A stretch of DNA of 64,000 bases from an uncultured virus (IMG/VR IMGVR_UViG_3300008113_000017) (taxonomy: Duplodnaviria > Heunggongvirae > Uroviricota > Caudoviricetes): the IMG/VR virus record IMGVR_UViG_3300008113_000017, one strand, 5' to 3'. The first letter of the stretch is position 1, and the number at the start of each line of letters is the position of its first letter. Positions 17,868 to 27,026 of this stretch are shown in pieces. A model generated the notes under the pieces. That model was not told where the DNA came from. It saw only the letters and a program-made list of their open reading frames with translations, and ran no database searches. Both the position numbers and the translations under genes were made by a program.

Positions 17868-18279
17868 AGTAAATATTGACTGGGTAAAAGAACAATTTGT
17901 TGCAGTCAAACTAAAGAAAAAGGTTGGGCTGGCAGTCTTAGATCTGCTAGAAGCATGGGATCCAATTGAAATGCCAGAAGAAGACCTAAAAGAAGTTCTT
18001 AAAGTCTTCTCCAAAGTAGCTTTAGGACATGCTATTGCAGAAACGCCTAAAGAAGAGCTTTGGGTTCAAGCACAGCCAGGACAGCTTGTAGTTGGGGATA
18101 TTGTTAGAGTTCGCCACGATGCGTTTACCGGACCACTTGGTGCTACCCAAAATGGCCGTCCAGGGGTTGTAGCTGCCATTAGATCTGGAGATATTATCTT
18201 CAACTCAACCGATGGGCAAAATCCAATGCTTGATGGGGTGCACTACAGACCTCAGCAGCTAGAAAAAAGGATTAAATAG
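17860..18279 (+). CDS. Hypothetical protein with KOW/SH3-like C-domain
   Basis: L.VGDIVRV...G..GVV..I pattern; GAGGAG RBS. Confidence 0.7.
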   Translation: MSKVNIDWVKEQFVAVKLKKKVGLAVLDLLEAWDPIEMPEEDLKEVLKVFSKVALGHAIAETPKEELWVQAQPGQLVVGDIVRVRHDAFTGPLGATQNGRPGVVAAIRSGDIIFNSTDGQNPMLDGVHYRPQQLEKRIK

Positions 18280-18485
18280 TGTCCCCTTGGAGATCAAAAC
18301 TTAATTTCAAAGTTCACGGAAAAGATCGAGAGGACCTAGAAAGACGCGCCGAGCAGGTAATTTTAGATTACCTAGGTGAGCATAGTTATGAAAACGTTAG
18401 AAATTTAGTTGACGTTGAGATGGAAGTACTAGTAGACTCAGAATCATCTGGGTTTAGTGCTCAGGTATACGTCAAAATTAAATAA
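18279..18485 (+). CDS. Hypothetical protein
   Basis: Translationally coupled ORF with AAGGA RBS. Confidence 0.6.
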   Translation: MSPWRSKLNFKVHGKDREDLERRAEQVILDYLGEHSYENVRNLVDVEMEVLVDSESSGFSAQVYVKIK

Positions 18486-18507
18486 CTACACTACAGAAAG
18501 AACACTA

Positions 18508-19002
18508 ATGCAAACATTTGTACCAATTACTAGCAGCTTTGAAGACATTGCCAAAGTGCTTGACAACAAGCGCCTTAACAAACAAGCCTTAGAAGGCTGG
18601 CAGATTCTTATGAATCTACTCGAGCTTGATCCAGAAGGTAATCATCGCATCTCCAAAGGCTGGTCTAACCACCCAGCTGTGCGCATGTGGCGTGGCCACG
18701 AAATGGCTTTGCACTACTACATTCAGTGTATGGTAGATGAGTGGAAGCGTCGTGGCTACAAGTCAACTATCGGCGACAAAGCTAAAGCAACCGTCTTACG
18801 AGCATTAGAAATTGGGGTAATTGATGAAGCAAACATGTTCAATCCTCAGTGGATGCGCTACCAACCACAATACAAAGAGATCGCAGCTAGCCATCGACTT
18901 GCTTTATTGAGCAAAGATTACGAGTGGTATTCACAGTTTGGTTGGCCAGAAGATCCTGGCTATAGACCAGAAACTTATGAATATATCTGGCCAGTAGCCT
19001 AA
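18508..19002 (+). CDS. Pyrimidine-dimer DNA glycosylase/endonuclease V-like (MSMEG_6728 family)
   Basis: MQTFVP, LDNKRLNKQ.LE..QI, W.NHPAVRMWRGHE, SHR..LL.KD..WY and YIWP motifs. Confidence 0.88.
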   Translation: MQTFVPITSSFEDIAKVLDNKRLNKQALEGWQILMNLLELDPEGNHRISKGWSNHPAVRMWRGHEMALHYYIQCMVDEWKRRGYKSTIGDKAKATVLRALEIGVIDEANMFNPQWMRYQPQYKEIAASHRLALLSKDYEWYSQFGWPEDPGYRPETYEYIWPVA

Positions 19003-19065
19003 ATACAAAAACATCCGTAACTTCTTACAAAGAAAATCTATAATTATTTGTAGGATGGTTACATT

Positions 19066-19401
19066 TTGATTGATAAAAGACCCGGCGAGTCACTTTGGTC
19101 TGAGTGGTTTGGTGAAGGCTACGAAGTTAGTAGACTCAAGCCCCTCATATTTTTTACTGAAGAGCACGTCGATTTATCCCATGACCTAATTAAAAGAGCT
19201 CTTGCATCATCTGTGCAAAGAGACGGATCAGTAGATTCGCTAAGTGAAGCATTTCATTTAGTGGAACGCGGGAAAATCACTCATTTATATGCCGGTGAAA
19301 TTGATGGAGAAGTTTATTTAACAATCTGCGATGAAAACGGAGAAACTGAATACGGAGATACCGTAGATCAGATCATCCCAATTACCATCGTGGAGCTTTA
19401 A
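19066..19401 (+). CDS. Hypothetical protein
   Basis: ORF preceded by a TG-TAGGAT -10 box and coupled to the next gene. Confidence 0.65.
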   Translation: MIDKRPGESLWSEWFGEGYEVSRLKPLIFFTEEHVDLSHDLIKRALASSVQRDGSVDSLSEAFHLVERGKITHLYAGEIDGEVYLTICDENGETEYGDTVDQIIPITIVEL

Positions 19402-19895
19402 TGTCATTAGATAACACAGACGACAGAGACTGGATGAACGAGTCATCTTGCGCTAAACCAGAGTACAGGCAAGAAATAGAAATATTCTTTTCATCAAAAT
19501 ACGAAGACAGACATAAAGCTAAAAACATTTGTTATTCATGTCCTGTAAGAAAAGACTGTCTAAAATGGGGCCTTGAAAATAAACAAATATGGGGTATTTG
19601 GGGCGGCAGAGACGAAGATGAAATGAGAAGAACTTTATCTGTGAACGTCGATGGAGCAGAAGTGCGTCGTAGCAGATTCCCGATCTGCCCATACTGCTCA
19701 GCAAATACAAAATATTTAAAAGCTTCAATTGTTGATAAACCAGGCGGTGGCCGTTGGACAACAATGAGAATAGTAGAGTGCCTTGAGTGTAATTTTAAAT
19801 GGCGTAGTCGTACAAGTGCAAATGCAGTAAACGCATTTCACGCACTAGCTCAAGAAAAAGCTGCTAAAAAGAAAGCTAAAAAGACTAAGGCTTAA
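19401..19895 (+). CDS. whiB: WhiB family protein with C-terminal zinc ribbon
   Basis: W...SSC...FF...AKNICYSCPVRKDCL...WGIWGG, followed by CPYC...CLEC. Confidence 0.9.
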   Translation: MSLDNTDDRDWMNESSCAKPEYRQEIEIFFSSKYEDRHKAKNICYSCPVRKDCLKWGLENKQIWGIWGGRDEDEMRRTLSVNVDGAEVRRSRFPICPYCSANTKYLKASIVDKPGGGRWTTMRIVECLECNFKWRSRTSANAVNAFHALAQEKAAKKKAKKTKA

Positions 19896-21084
19896 CAGCT
19901 AAAACACTAATATGTTCACGTGGTTCATACTCTCCACCCAGAACCATTGTCAGTAGCCCAGGCTTTGATTCAAGACCAGCACGATCTCTAAACCATTCTG
20001 ATCCAGGATCGGTAGTAGGACACTGCACCCAAAGTCTATGACCAACATCCATACACTTAAAGTTGTGGAAGTGTCCAGAGATCCATACATCTGCAAGCCC
20101 TAAAGCAGTTTGTCCAGCAGCTTGCCCAGACAGATACTTCATAACGTCCCTACCAGCTTGGTGGCCGTGAAATAGTCCAAGCATTGTGCCATTAATATCC
20201 ACAGTTAAAGTTTGATGACCAGACGATGGGAATCTAAACTCTACGTGCTGTAGAGCCGGATTCTCTGCACAAGCATCTTGAACTGCTGAGGCAATCTCTA
20301 CGTTCCAGCCGTCTGCCGGATCCGCAGCAACTTGACGAGTTACCTCATCATGGTTTCCATTAATTACTGGAACAATAACGCGTTCTGCTAGAGGAGCCAA
20401 AGTTTTAATTTGAGTCATCAATAAACGACGTGCAACACGCACCTGTTCGGTTAGACCTAGGTCAGATGCTGCTTGACCTTGCAAACGCCCATTCTGACTT
20501 GTTAGACCTTCAACATGGTCTCCAGGAAGTGCAAGAACAACTGTCCCTAGATTGAGACCCATTTTTCTTAAGCTAAGCAGCCTATCAACTGAATACTCAG
20601 TTAGTTGTAAAATTCTATCAATTGACTGCTGAGTCCCTTGCCCATTTGCTTTCTTACCAATCTGCTGATCGCTAGGAGAAACAAGATACGCACCATTTCC
20701 AGTGCCGGCTTTTAGCCCACGCTCTGGACGCCACTTCTTAATTTCATCAATTAATGCTTCAGCATCTAGGTGGTCAGCAACAACAAGACCAGAAGGAACA
20801 ACATTTACTCGAACAGACTCCAACCATTCACCGCTGTAAGTCTGCCATCTAGATCTACGAAGAGATGTGACAGTCCAAGAGTTCGGGTCTAGATCAAATT
20901 CTTTAAGTACATCAGCTGTATCTGGAATCTCTCCAGCCGGACGCGGCTTAGATACAACAAAACCACCTTTAGAATCATCAAGATCTAAACGTGGTCGCCA
21001 ATCTTCTGGTGTGTTCAAAGCTTTTACATCAGATCCTGTTTGACCAGGCTCTGCTAATTTTTTTAAGTTTTCTGAAAGTGCCAT
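19885..21084 (-). CDS. Calcineurin-like metallophosphoesterase
   Basis: SDQQIG, GDHVEG, GNHDE, FHGH and GHFH motifs. Confidence 0.88.
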   Translation of the reverse strand: MALSENLKKLAEPGQTGSDVKALNTPEDWRPRLDLDDSKGGFVVSKPRPAGEIPDTADVLKEFDLDPNSWTVTSLRRSRWQTYSGEWLESVRVNVVPSGLVVADHLDAEALIDEIKKWRPERGLKAGTGNGAYLVSPSDQQIGKKANGQGTQQSIDRILQLTEYSVDRLLSLRKMGLNLGTVVLALPGDHVEGLTSQNGRLQGQAASDLGLTEQVRVARRLLMTQIKTLAPLAERVIVPVINGNHDEVTRQVAADPADGWNVEIASAVQDACAENPALQHVEFRFPSSGHQTLTVDINGTMLGLFHGHQAGRDVMKYLSGQAAGQTALGLADVWISGHFHNFKCMDVGHRLWVQCPTTDPGSEWFRDRAGLESKPGLLTMVLGGEYEPREHISVLAVKP

Positions 21085-21353
21085 TATTCTCCCGATGTTC
21101 GGCTACAACTACATGAATTACGTCGATGTCTATCAACTGCGCTATCTGATAGATCAAAACCTTCTTCTCTCAAAGCATTAGCCAACACAACGTTTGTTAA
21201 ACGGCTTGGGTTGCCTTCAGGAACACTAAGTAAAGATAAGAAAGTTTCTCTGTCTTCTTTAGTTAGAGAGTCGCTATCAAGAATAATCATAAGTTTACAC
21301 TTACGGGATTGAGGGCTATTAGTAGCTGAATTTAGTCGATCTGACAATGACAC
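21084..21353 (-). CDS. Small HTH-like/Zn-binding protein
   Basis: C...LANALREEGFDLSDSAVDRHRRNSCSC. Confidence 0.65.
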   Translation of the reverse strand: MSLSDRLNSATNSPQSRKCKLMIILDSDSLTKEDRETFLSLLSVPEGNPSRLTNVVLANALREEGFDLSDSAVDRHRRNSCSCSRTSGE

Positions 21354-21437
21354 TGGTTAATCCCTTCGATACGTACTTTTGTCATTTTTAATGGTATCAA
21401 ACCTACCCTAAACATTAGGTATAAGGTTACGGATGTA

Positions 21438-21779
21438 TTAAGAAGTAGTTTTTCTTCTTCTTTTAGCTGGTAGCTCTACAACAGGGGATGAACTAGCAGC
21501 ATTGGCCAGGATCAAATTTTTAATGAGCTCTACTTCTGCCGAAGTCTTTACAGCGTGTTTTTCAATTACGTTCACACGATCTGCTAGAGATGTCCCACCA
21601 TTTTCCCAAAGCTGGTGCTCAACTCGCTCCAACCTTTCAGCAAGTGTTCTACCATTACTGTCTAATCCAATTGCCGAGTCTATGCGCTTTGATATTTTGT
21701 ATACAGAAAGAACTCCCCCAAATATTACACCAATTCCGCTAAAAATAGCTGCAACAGTTATAATAAGCTCTTGAGTCAT
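21438..21779 (-). CDS. Single-TM membrane protein
   Basis: N-terminal TM helix, NGGTSLADRV motif and coiled coil. Confidence 0.7.
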   Translation of the reverse strand: MTQELIITVAAIFSGIGVIFGGVLSVYKISKRIDSAIGLDSNGRTLAERLERVEHQLWENGGTSLADRVNVIEKHAVKTSAEVELIKNLILANAASSSPVVELPAKRRRKTTS

Positions 21780-21949
21780 AAATTTTCCTAAATAGAATAA
21801 CGTGGATATTCATCTCGTATAATTGTAGCCTACCCCCACAACCAGTGATTTTAAAGCACTAGTCTCTCTGGCGGAGTGTCGTAATTAGACACAAGTCGGT
21901 TTTGGGTGTATCTTGTATTTTATCGACATAGACATAGATAAGGAAGGTA

Positions 21950-24559
21950 ATGAACGACAGAACTCATTCCGAAAAATTAGCAGCCGGTGCCCAGTGGTAT
22001 TCATCAAACGGCTGGAGACTTTTACCCTGTTACGGTATTAATTCAGGCGGAAGATGTACATGTGGCGGTTCCCACGCCGAGCCAAAAGATGCTGGAAAGC
22101 ATCCAGCCATTGGTGAGTGGAATATTCAAGCATCAACAGATCCAAGAACGATTGAAAAATGGTGGCCTGGTAATTCTGAAAACAACATCGGTGTTTATTG
22201 TCAGGGATCGGGTTTTATCGTTCTAGATATTGATCCCAGATCTGGTGGAGTTGCATCATTTGAGACTTTAGAAGAGCAGTTAGATTATTGCTTACCGCCA
22301 ACCGTTGAAGCTTTTACCGGAGTGTATACATACAACGGCAATACTGCTAGAGGTCGTCATCTTTATTACAAAGTGTCTGAAGGTGAACAGTTCCAAGGAA
22401 ATCTAAAAGCTTTAGAACTTCCAGGAATCGACATCAAGCACAACGGCTACGTAATGGTTGCCCCATCACGCCATGCTTCCGGCGTTGAGTACGAGTGGAA
22501 GCCAGGCCACGCTCCATGGGAAATGGAAATGGCAGAAGCTCCTGAAGAACTTTTACAAGTTATTCGTAAAAAATCACGTCGCGGTGTAAGTTCACACGGT
22601 GCCGGCGACTGGGATTGGATGAATGATCTTGAATACAAAGGCGAACGTGTTGATATTCAAAAGATGCTTGAAAATGGAATTGATGAAGGTTCTCGTGCTG
22701 TAGACATCTATAAATTGACTTGTGCAATTTCAAATAAGTACGGAGTAGATACTCCTGAAAAACGTTTGATGATTGAAACAACGATGATGCGGTTTAATCA
22801 CGAAAAAGTACGTCCACCTCTAGAACTTGAAGGTGCTGGAGGATTGCTTATGCACGTTCGTAGAGCAATGGACTTTGTTGCTGAAAATCCAATTACTGAA
22901 AAAATTTGGCCAGGACTTACTGAGTGGGCAAGTAGACCGGTTGACGGAACTGGATCAGCATCAACAAGCTCCACGCCGAGTTCATCAACTCCACCACAAG
23001 ACCCAAGAATGCAAAGTGGTATTGGTGCTGCTATTTCTGCAGCTGCTCATTCAGGCGTTTCAGTATCTCAAGCATTTAGTGCAAACAACGTCGATGTACC
23101 AAACAACCCTGATGCCTTATCGGAGAACGAGGGTGGAGATCCTGAGCGTAGATCTTTATCTGATATCGGTAACGGACGTCGACTAGTGGATTCTTTTGGT
23201 AACGTAATGCGCTATACCCCTGGTCTTGGATGGTTTATCTGGGATGGCCAGTACTGGAAGCCAGATGCTGAAGATTTGGCAACACAGGAACTTGCAAAAC
23301 ACTTACCTACAATCGTTGCAGCTGAGACCGCTAAATATACAGACGATGATAAAAAGCGTGAAGTAGTCAAGTGGGCATATCAAGCAAGAGCAAACTCTAG
23401 AATGCGTGCAGCAATTGAAAGCGCTAAATCAGACCCTCGTATTGTCAATGAAGTTGAAGAGTGGGATAACCACAATCATCTTTTCGGCGTTCTTAATGGA
23501 GTAATTAATCTAAAAACAGGTGAACTTATTAAAGGACAGCCAGATCTGCATATTACAAAACGAGCACCTGTTGCGTACACTCCTGGAATGCGTAACGTCC
23601 GTTGGGAAGAATTTATTAATCACGCCACGGGTGGAGATAAAGAACTACAAGAGTGGATTCAACGAGCTGTTGGCTATACTCTTACCGGTCTTAGCAACCA
23701 AGATGTTTTATTCCTTGTTTACGGACCATCCGGTTCTGGTAAGAACACGTTTGTTGAAACTATTGTAAGAGCCATGGGCACAGATCAATATGCTGGTACA
23801 TTACCATCAGACCAGCTGGCTATTGGCAATGGTTCTCAGAACAACAGCTCAAACCAATACTATTTAGCCGAACTCCGTGGTAAGAGAATGATCTGGGTAG
23901 ACGAGCTTCCAGAATCAGAACGTCTAAACGAAAACCAGGTAAAGAGCATGACTGGGTCATCTACAATCCAAGGACGTTCTCCTGGTGAAAAGCCATTTAC
24001 ATTCCGTGCCCAAGGTAAGCTGTGGATCACAACTAACCACAGACCTATCATTAACGATGATGCTATGTGGAGACGTCTACGTCCAATTCCATGGGTACAT
24101 AAACCAGAAATGGCAGACCCAGATCTAAAAGCTTATTTAGAAGATCCAGAAGGCGGTCTACCGGCTGTACTTGCTTGGGCAGTCGAAGGAGCAATTAAGT
24201 ATCTTGGTTCAAGTGCTCGTGATCCACTTGGATGGTGTGCTGCAGTATCAGAAGCCGCTGAGATGTATCGTAAGAACGAAGATCGCATTGGCATGTTCTT
24301 AGAAGAAGAGACAGTTGAAGATGCGGACCGTGAAACTCAACTAGCAGGAGTTTATGCAGTCTACAGAATGTGGAGTGAAGAACGCGGAGAACGTCCACTT
24401 AGCAATATTGGATTTACTCGTAAGTTAAACGACCGTGGTCTAGAAATTGTCGGGCAAGGAAAAGCAGCAGTTATTAAGGGTAGGTTTATTCCGCCAAGAG
24501 CTGTTCCAAATACCGACGTCGACTGGGGTAGAGCGACCAGCATTGCAAGGAATTTCTAG
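21950..24559 (+). CDS. Bifunctional primase-polymerase fused to D5-like SF3 helicase
   Basis: CTCG..H...GKHP, VLDIDPR, GRHLYY, YVMVAPS, GPSGSGKNTF and TNHRP...DDAMWRRL motifs. Confidence 0.93.
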   Translation: MNDRTHSEKLAAGAQWYSSNGWRLLPCYGINSGGRCTCGGSHAEPKDAGKHPAIGEWNIQASTDPRTIEKWWPGNSENNIGVYCQGSGFIVLDIDPRSGGVASFETLEEQLDYCLPPTVEAFTGVYTYNGNTARGRHLYYKVSEGEQFQGNLKALELPGIDIKHNGYVMVAPSRHASGVEYEWKPGHAPWEMEMAEAPEELLQVIRKKSRRGVSSHGAGDWDWMNDLEYKGERVDIQKMLENGIDEGSRAVDIYKLTCAISNKYGVDTPEKRLMIETTMMRFNHEKVRPPLELEGAGGLLMHVRRAMDFVAENPITEKIWPGLTEWASRPVDGTGSASTSSTPSSSTPPQDPRMQSGIGAAISAAAHSGVSVSQAFSANNVDVPNNPDALSENEGGDPERRSLSDIGNGRRLVDSFGNVMRYTPGLGWFIWDGQYWKPDAEDLATQELAKHLPTIVAAETAKYTDDDKKREVVKWAYQARANSRMRAAIESAKSDPRIVNEVEEWDNHNHLFGVLNGVINLKTGELIKGQPDLHITKRAPVAYTPGMRNVRWEEFINHATGGDKELQEWIQRAVGYTLTGLSNQDVLFLVYGPSGSGKNTFVETIVRAMGTDQYAGTLPSDQLAIGNGSQNNSSNQYYLAELRGKRMIWVDELPESERLNENQVKSMTGSSTIQGRSPGEKPFTFRAQGKLWITTNHRPIINDDAMWRRLRPIPWVHKPEMADPDLKAYLEDPEGGLPAVLAWAVEGAIKYLGSSARDPLGWCAAVSEAAEMYRKNEDRIGMFLEEETVEDADRETQLAGVYAVYRMWSEERGERPLSNIGFTRKLNDRGLEIVGQGKAAVIKGRFIPPRAVPNTDVDWGRATSIARNF

Positions 24560-24600
24560 TTTAGATACTAGAATAAAAACGTGATCTCGGGGAGAGACAC

Positions 24601-24635
24601 AAAAAGAGCCGGGTCTTTTAGATCCGGCTTCTTTT
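24601..24635. terminator. Bidirectional terminator between primase and resolvase
   Basis: AAAAAG-AGCCGGGTC-TTTTA-GATCCGGCT-TCTTTTT. Confidence 0.75.
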
Positions 24636-25285
24636 TATCTATCCACGATATTTTTGACCGTGGTGGCGTACCACTTCCCACCATTTTGGGTGGGGATATT
24701 GTCCTTATTGAGACCTAAAGCTATCTCCCTGTAAGACTTGCCAAGCTTTCTTTCCGCTTTGATTCGATCTTTAATCTCGTCTGAAGTTTTATTTTTAGGC
24801 CCCATATCGACGCCCCACTTGATTCCACGGGCTCGTCTATCCTTGTGAACGTCCTTTTGACGTTCTGCAATAATTCCACGTTCCATCTCTGCTAGGGCGG
24901 ACATAATTGTGACCACAAACCGGCCTTGATAGCTAGCTGTGTCCAGATTTAGATCTAGCATGACTAGACGCCATTTGTTGGCATTTGCCCTGTCTATAAT
25001 GCTCAAAAAGTCCTTCGTAGAGCGGGCTAAACGGTCGATACGCGTCACAAAAAGGGCTGAAGCATCCCCAGTGTCTAATCGCTTTAAAGCGGCTGTAAGA
25101 GCCGGACGGCCCGTAATTGACTTACCTGAGCGACCCTCTTCTCGAATTAGCTCATAATCAGTAAATCCAGCCACTTCAGCAGCATTTATAAGCTGTCTTT
25201 CCTGGACGTCGAGAGAAACACCGTCATTTACTTGAAGCTGGGTCGATACACGGGCGTATAAAAGAGCTTTACCTGGATCTGTCAA
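24635..25285 (-). CDS. Serine recombinase (resolvase/invertase type)
   Basis: YARVST, GRSGK...RPAL, RIDRLARS and ALAEMER motifs; C-terminal HTH. Confidence 0.95.
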   Translation of the reverse strand: MTDPGKALLYARVSTQLQVNDGVSLDVQERQLINAAEVAGFTDYELIREEGRSGKSITGRPALTAALKRLDTGDASALFVTRIDRLARSTKDFLSIIDRANANKWRLVMLDLNLDTASYQGRFVVTIMSALAEMERGIIAERQKDVHKDRRARGIKWGVDMGPKNKTSDEIKDRIKAERKLGKSYREIALGLNKDNIPTQNGGKWYATTVKNIVDR

Positions 25286-25287
25286 AT

Positions 25288-25632
25288 CTATTCACCAGTC
25301 TCTAAGAGCCATTTTAGAACCGTAGGATTTTCCCTCATGACCATAAGCATTGCATTTTCATAGATTCCTATAAAATGATGCTCCCAGGTCTCATAGTCAT
25401 CAGATTTTTTAGGTCTGGTTGGCCCCTCCAACGACATTCTACAAGCATGGAGGATCTCATGCAGTAAAGTAACCTGTTTTTTGCTTTTAGGAGCATTTTT
25501 ATCAATTACTATAAGATTTTGATTCTCTAAAGTATATCCATAGCTCCCTTCATTCAACATTCCATCTTCTAACGAAGGTTTTTCAACGATCTTGAATATG
25601 TGAAGGCCAACCTTCACTTGCTTTGGCATCAT
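25288..25632 (-). CDS. Small HExxH zincin-like protein
   Basis: TLLHEILHA followed by a downstream E. Confidence 0.75.
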   Translation of the reverse strand: MMPKQVKVGLHIFKIVEKPSLEDGMLNEGSYGYTLENQNLIVIDKNAPKSKKQVTLLHEILHACRMSLEGPTRPKKSDDYETWEHHFIGIYENAMLMVMRENPTVLKWLLETGE

Positions 25633-25701
25633 CTCTATTTAACCTAACCACTTGTATAATAATGTATCAGTTTTGTACACCATTTTTTGCCGATTTCTCC
25701 C

Positions 25702-25727
25702 GTATAAACTTAACTTTAAGTTTATAC
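25702..25727. other. Candidate serine-recombinase crossover/binding site
   Basis: Perfect 12-bp inverted repeat GTATAAACTTAA-CT-TTAAGTTTATAC around a 2-bp core, upstream of the resolvase operon. Confidence 0.6.
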
Positions 25728-25800
25728 AACAACTTTACCACATAGGGAATCTGGCTAAGTGAGATAATTAGATCACAAGATCGACGACCGTAAGGCCAGC

Positions 25801-25959
25801 GTGGAATATAGCAAATACGAAGATCCATACCAATGCAAGGTATGTAAGCAAGTGTTTGTCGTCCGAAAATTAGCCGAGTGTTGTGAACTAAAACACCAAG
25901 GAATAGTGTTTGTGCGGGATCCTAGACAAGAACCACGACCAAAAAAGCCTAAAAATTAA
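25801..25959 (+). CDS. Small zinc-finger protein (52 aa)
   Basis: Hand-translated MEYSKYEDPYQCKVCKQVFVVRKLAECCELKH...; C-x2-C-x12-C-x3-H; TAAGG RBS before GTG. Confidence 0.6.
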   Translation: MEYSKYEDPYQCKVCKQVFVVRKLAECCELKHQGIVFVRDPRQEPRPKKPKN

Positions 25960-26168
25960 CTTTCTAAGCTGTCTAACTCATTTTGAGCAGCTTCAATAGC
26001 AGCTTCAATAACCGTAATTGCTGCGTCAGCTCTAGTCACAGCGTCTTCATCTCCTGAAAGCTCAGCAGTTTTTTTGTTTAATTCATGCTGATAACCTTCT
26101 AGATTTAAAGATTCGATTCTATTAGTTAGTAACTGAATTTTTACGTCATCTGGTACATTAAACGGCAT
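25956..26168 (-). CDS. Small acidic coiled-coil protein (fibre-associated)
   Basis: TAAGGAG RBS before MPFNV; last gene of the tail operon. Confidence 0.65.
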   Translation of the reverse strand: MPFNVPDDVKIQLLTNRIESLNLEGYQHELNKKTAELSGDEDAVTRADAAITVIEAAIEAAQNELDSLES

Positions 26169-26185
26169 AATATTCTCCTTAAGAT

Positions 26186-26428
26186 TTACCATTTGCCTAG
26201 AGGACATTTAGCACCCTCAAGCTTAGTTTTAAATTGCATAAAGCAACCACATTTTTTACATTGATCAGTCAATTGTATCAACTCCGGGCAAGCCTTACAA
26301 ATATCCATTCTCCCCTGGGCATGGCTTTCATCAATCTTACGAGCTTTAGGATTTAAGAGATCTAACGGTGTCACACCATTTTTTTCTTTGTATTGCTCCC
26401 ATCGGGACTTTTTAGGCTCAGTGTTCAC
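26186..26428 (-). CDS. Cys-rich protein (DUF6171-like)
   Basis: R..IC..C...QC..CGCFM..KT.L....CP.GKW. Confidence 0.75.
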   Translation of the reverse strand: MNTEPKKSRWEQYKEKNGVTPLDLLNPKARKIDESHAQGRMDICKACPELIQLTDQCKKCGCFMQFKTKLEGAKCPLGKW

Positions 26429-26816
26429 GGTGAAAAGGCTCCAATTTAGACATGTCGGTATCTATAATTACAAACTCGTTATTAACAAATAAAGCATTTG
26501 GAGACACAACGTATAGTCCATAAGGATATTCTAAAAGATTTAAAACTAGAGGCTCGCTAAGAAGAATACTTCCAAAATACTCTGAAGTTTGAAACTCTTC
26601 TAAAACTTCACCGTCTTTTAAAAATTTAACGGTGATTCCATCATGGCCCGGGTAGTCTTCCGAGATGTCAACTATTTGGTCGTATCCTGTAAAAATAGCA
26701 GCGTGCTCTACGGATAGCGGTAGGTCGTACAAGCATCGAGTATCTATTACCCAAACTAATGGAACGCCTCTAACTCCACCAGCACTTGTAAATTGAATTG
26801 AATCATCTGTAAGCAT
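26418..26816 (-). CDS. Hypothetical protein
   Basis: ORF in tight operon; AGGA RBS. Confidence 0.7.
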   Translation of the reverse strand: MLTDDSIQFTSAGGVRGVPLVWVIDTRCLYDLPLSVEHAAIFTGYDQIVDISEDYPGHDGITVKFLKDGEVLEEFQTSEYFGSILLSEPLVLNLLEYPYGLYVVSPNALFVNNEFVIIDTDMSKLEPFHREH

Positions 26817-26825
26817 ATTTATATC

Positions 26826-27026
26826 CTAGCAGTCGTAAGTCCAAGTAAATGGGCCTTGGGCGTCTACTGGAGAACAAGTTGCTCCCAAACCAAAATCTGC
26901 AGCTGCGCAGATCCCAGTAGAAGTGCAACAAGCAAGAGACACTTGAGCACTTGTACAGTATTTACCGGAAGTCGGGGCACCAGCCGATTTATATGATCCT
27001 ATAAGTCCTTGCACGCAACCAGCCAT
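26826..27026 (-). CDS. Small Cys-rich protein, possible fibre-tip partner
   Basis: TAATG coupling to the fibre stop; MAGCVQGLIGS start; 7 Cys in 66 aa. Confidence 0.6.
   Translation of the reverse strand: MAGCVQGLIGSYKSAGAPTSGKYCTSAQVSLACCTSTGICAAADFGLGATCSPVDAQGPFTWTYDC

Noticed and set aside
4759..24559. Inteins or introns in nrdJ, polA, helicase or primase
   Set aside because: Lengths are normal; no splice-junction or homing endonuclease motifs seen
24635..25285. Prophage integrase or transposon
   Set aside because: Only 216 aa, lacking the zinc-ribbon/coiled-coil region of large serine integrases; no transposase, terminal repeats or host junction seen
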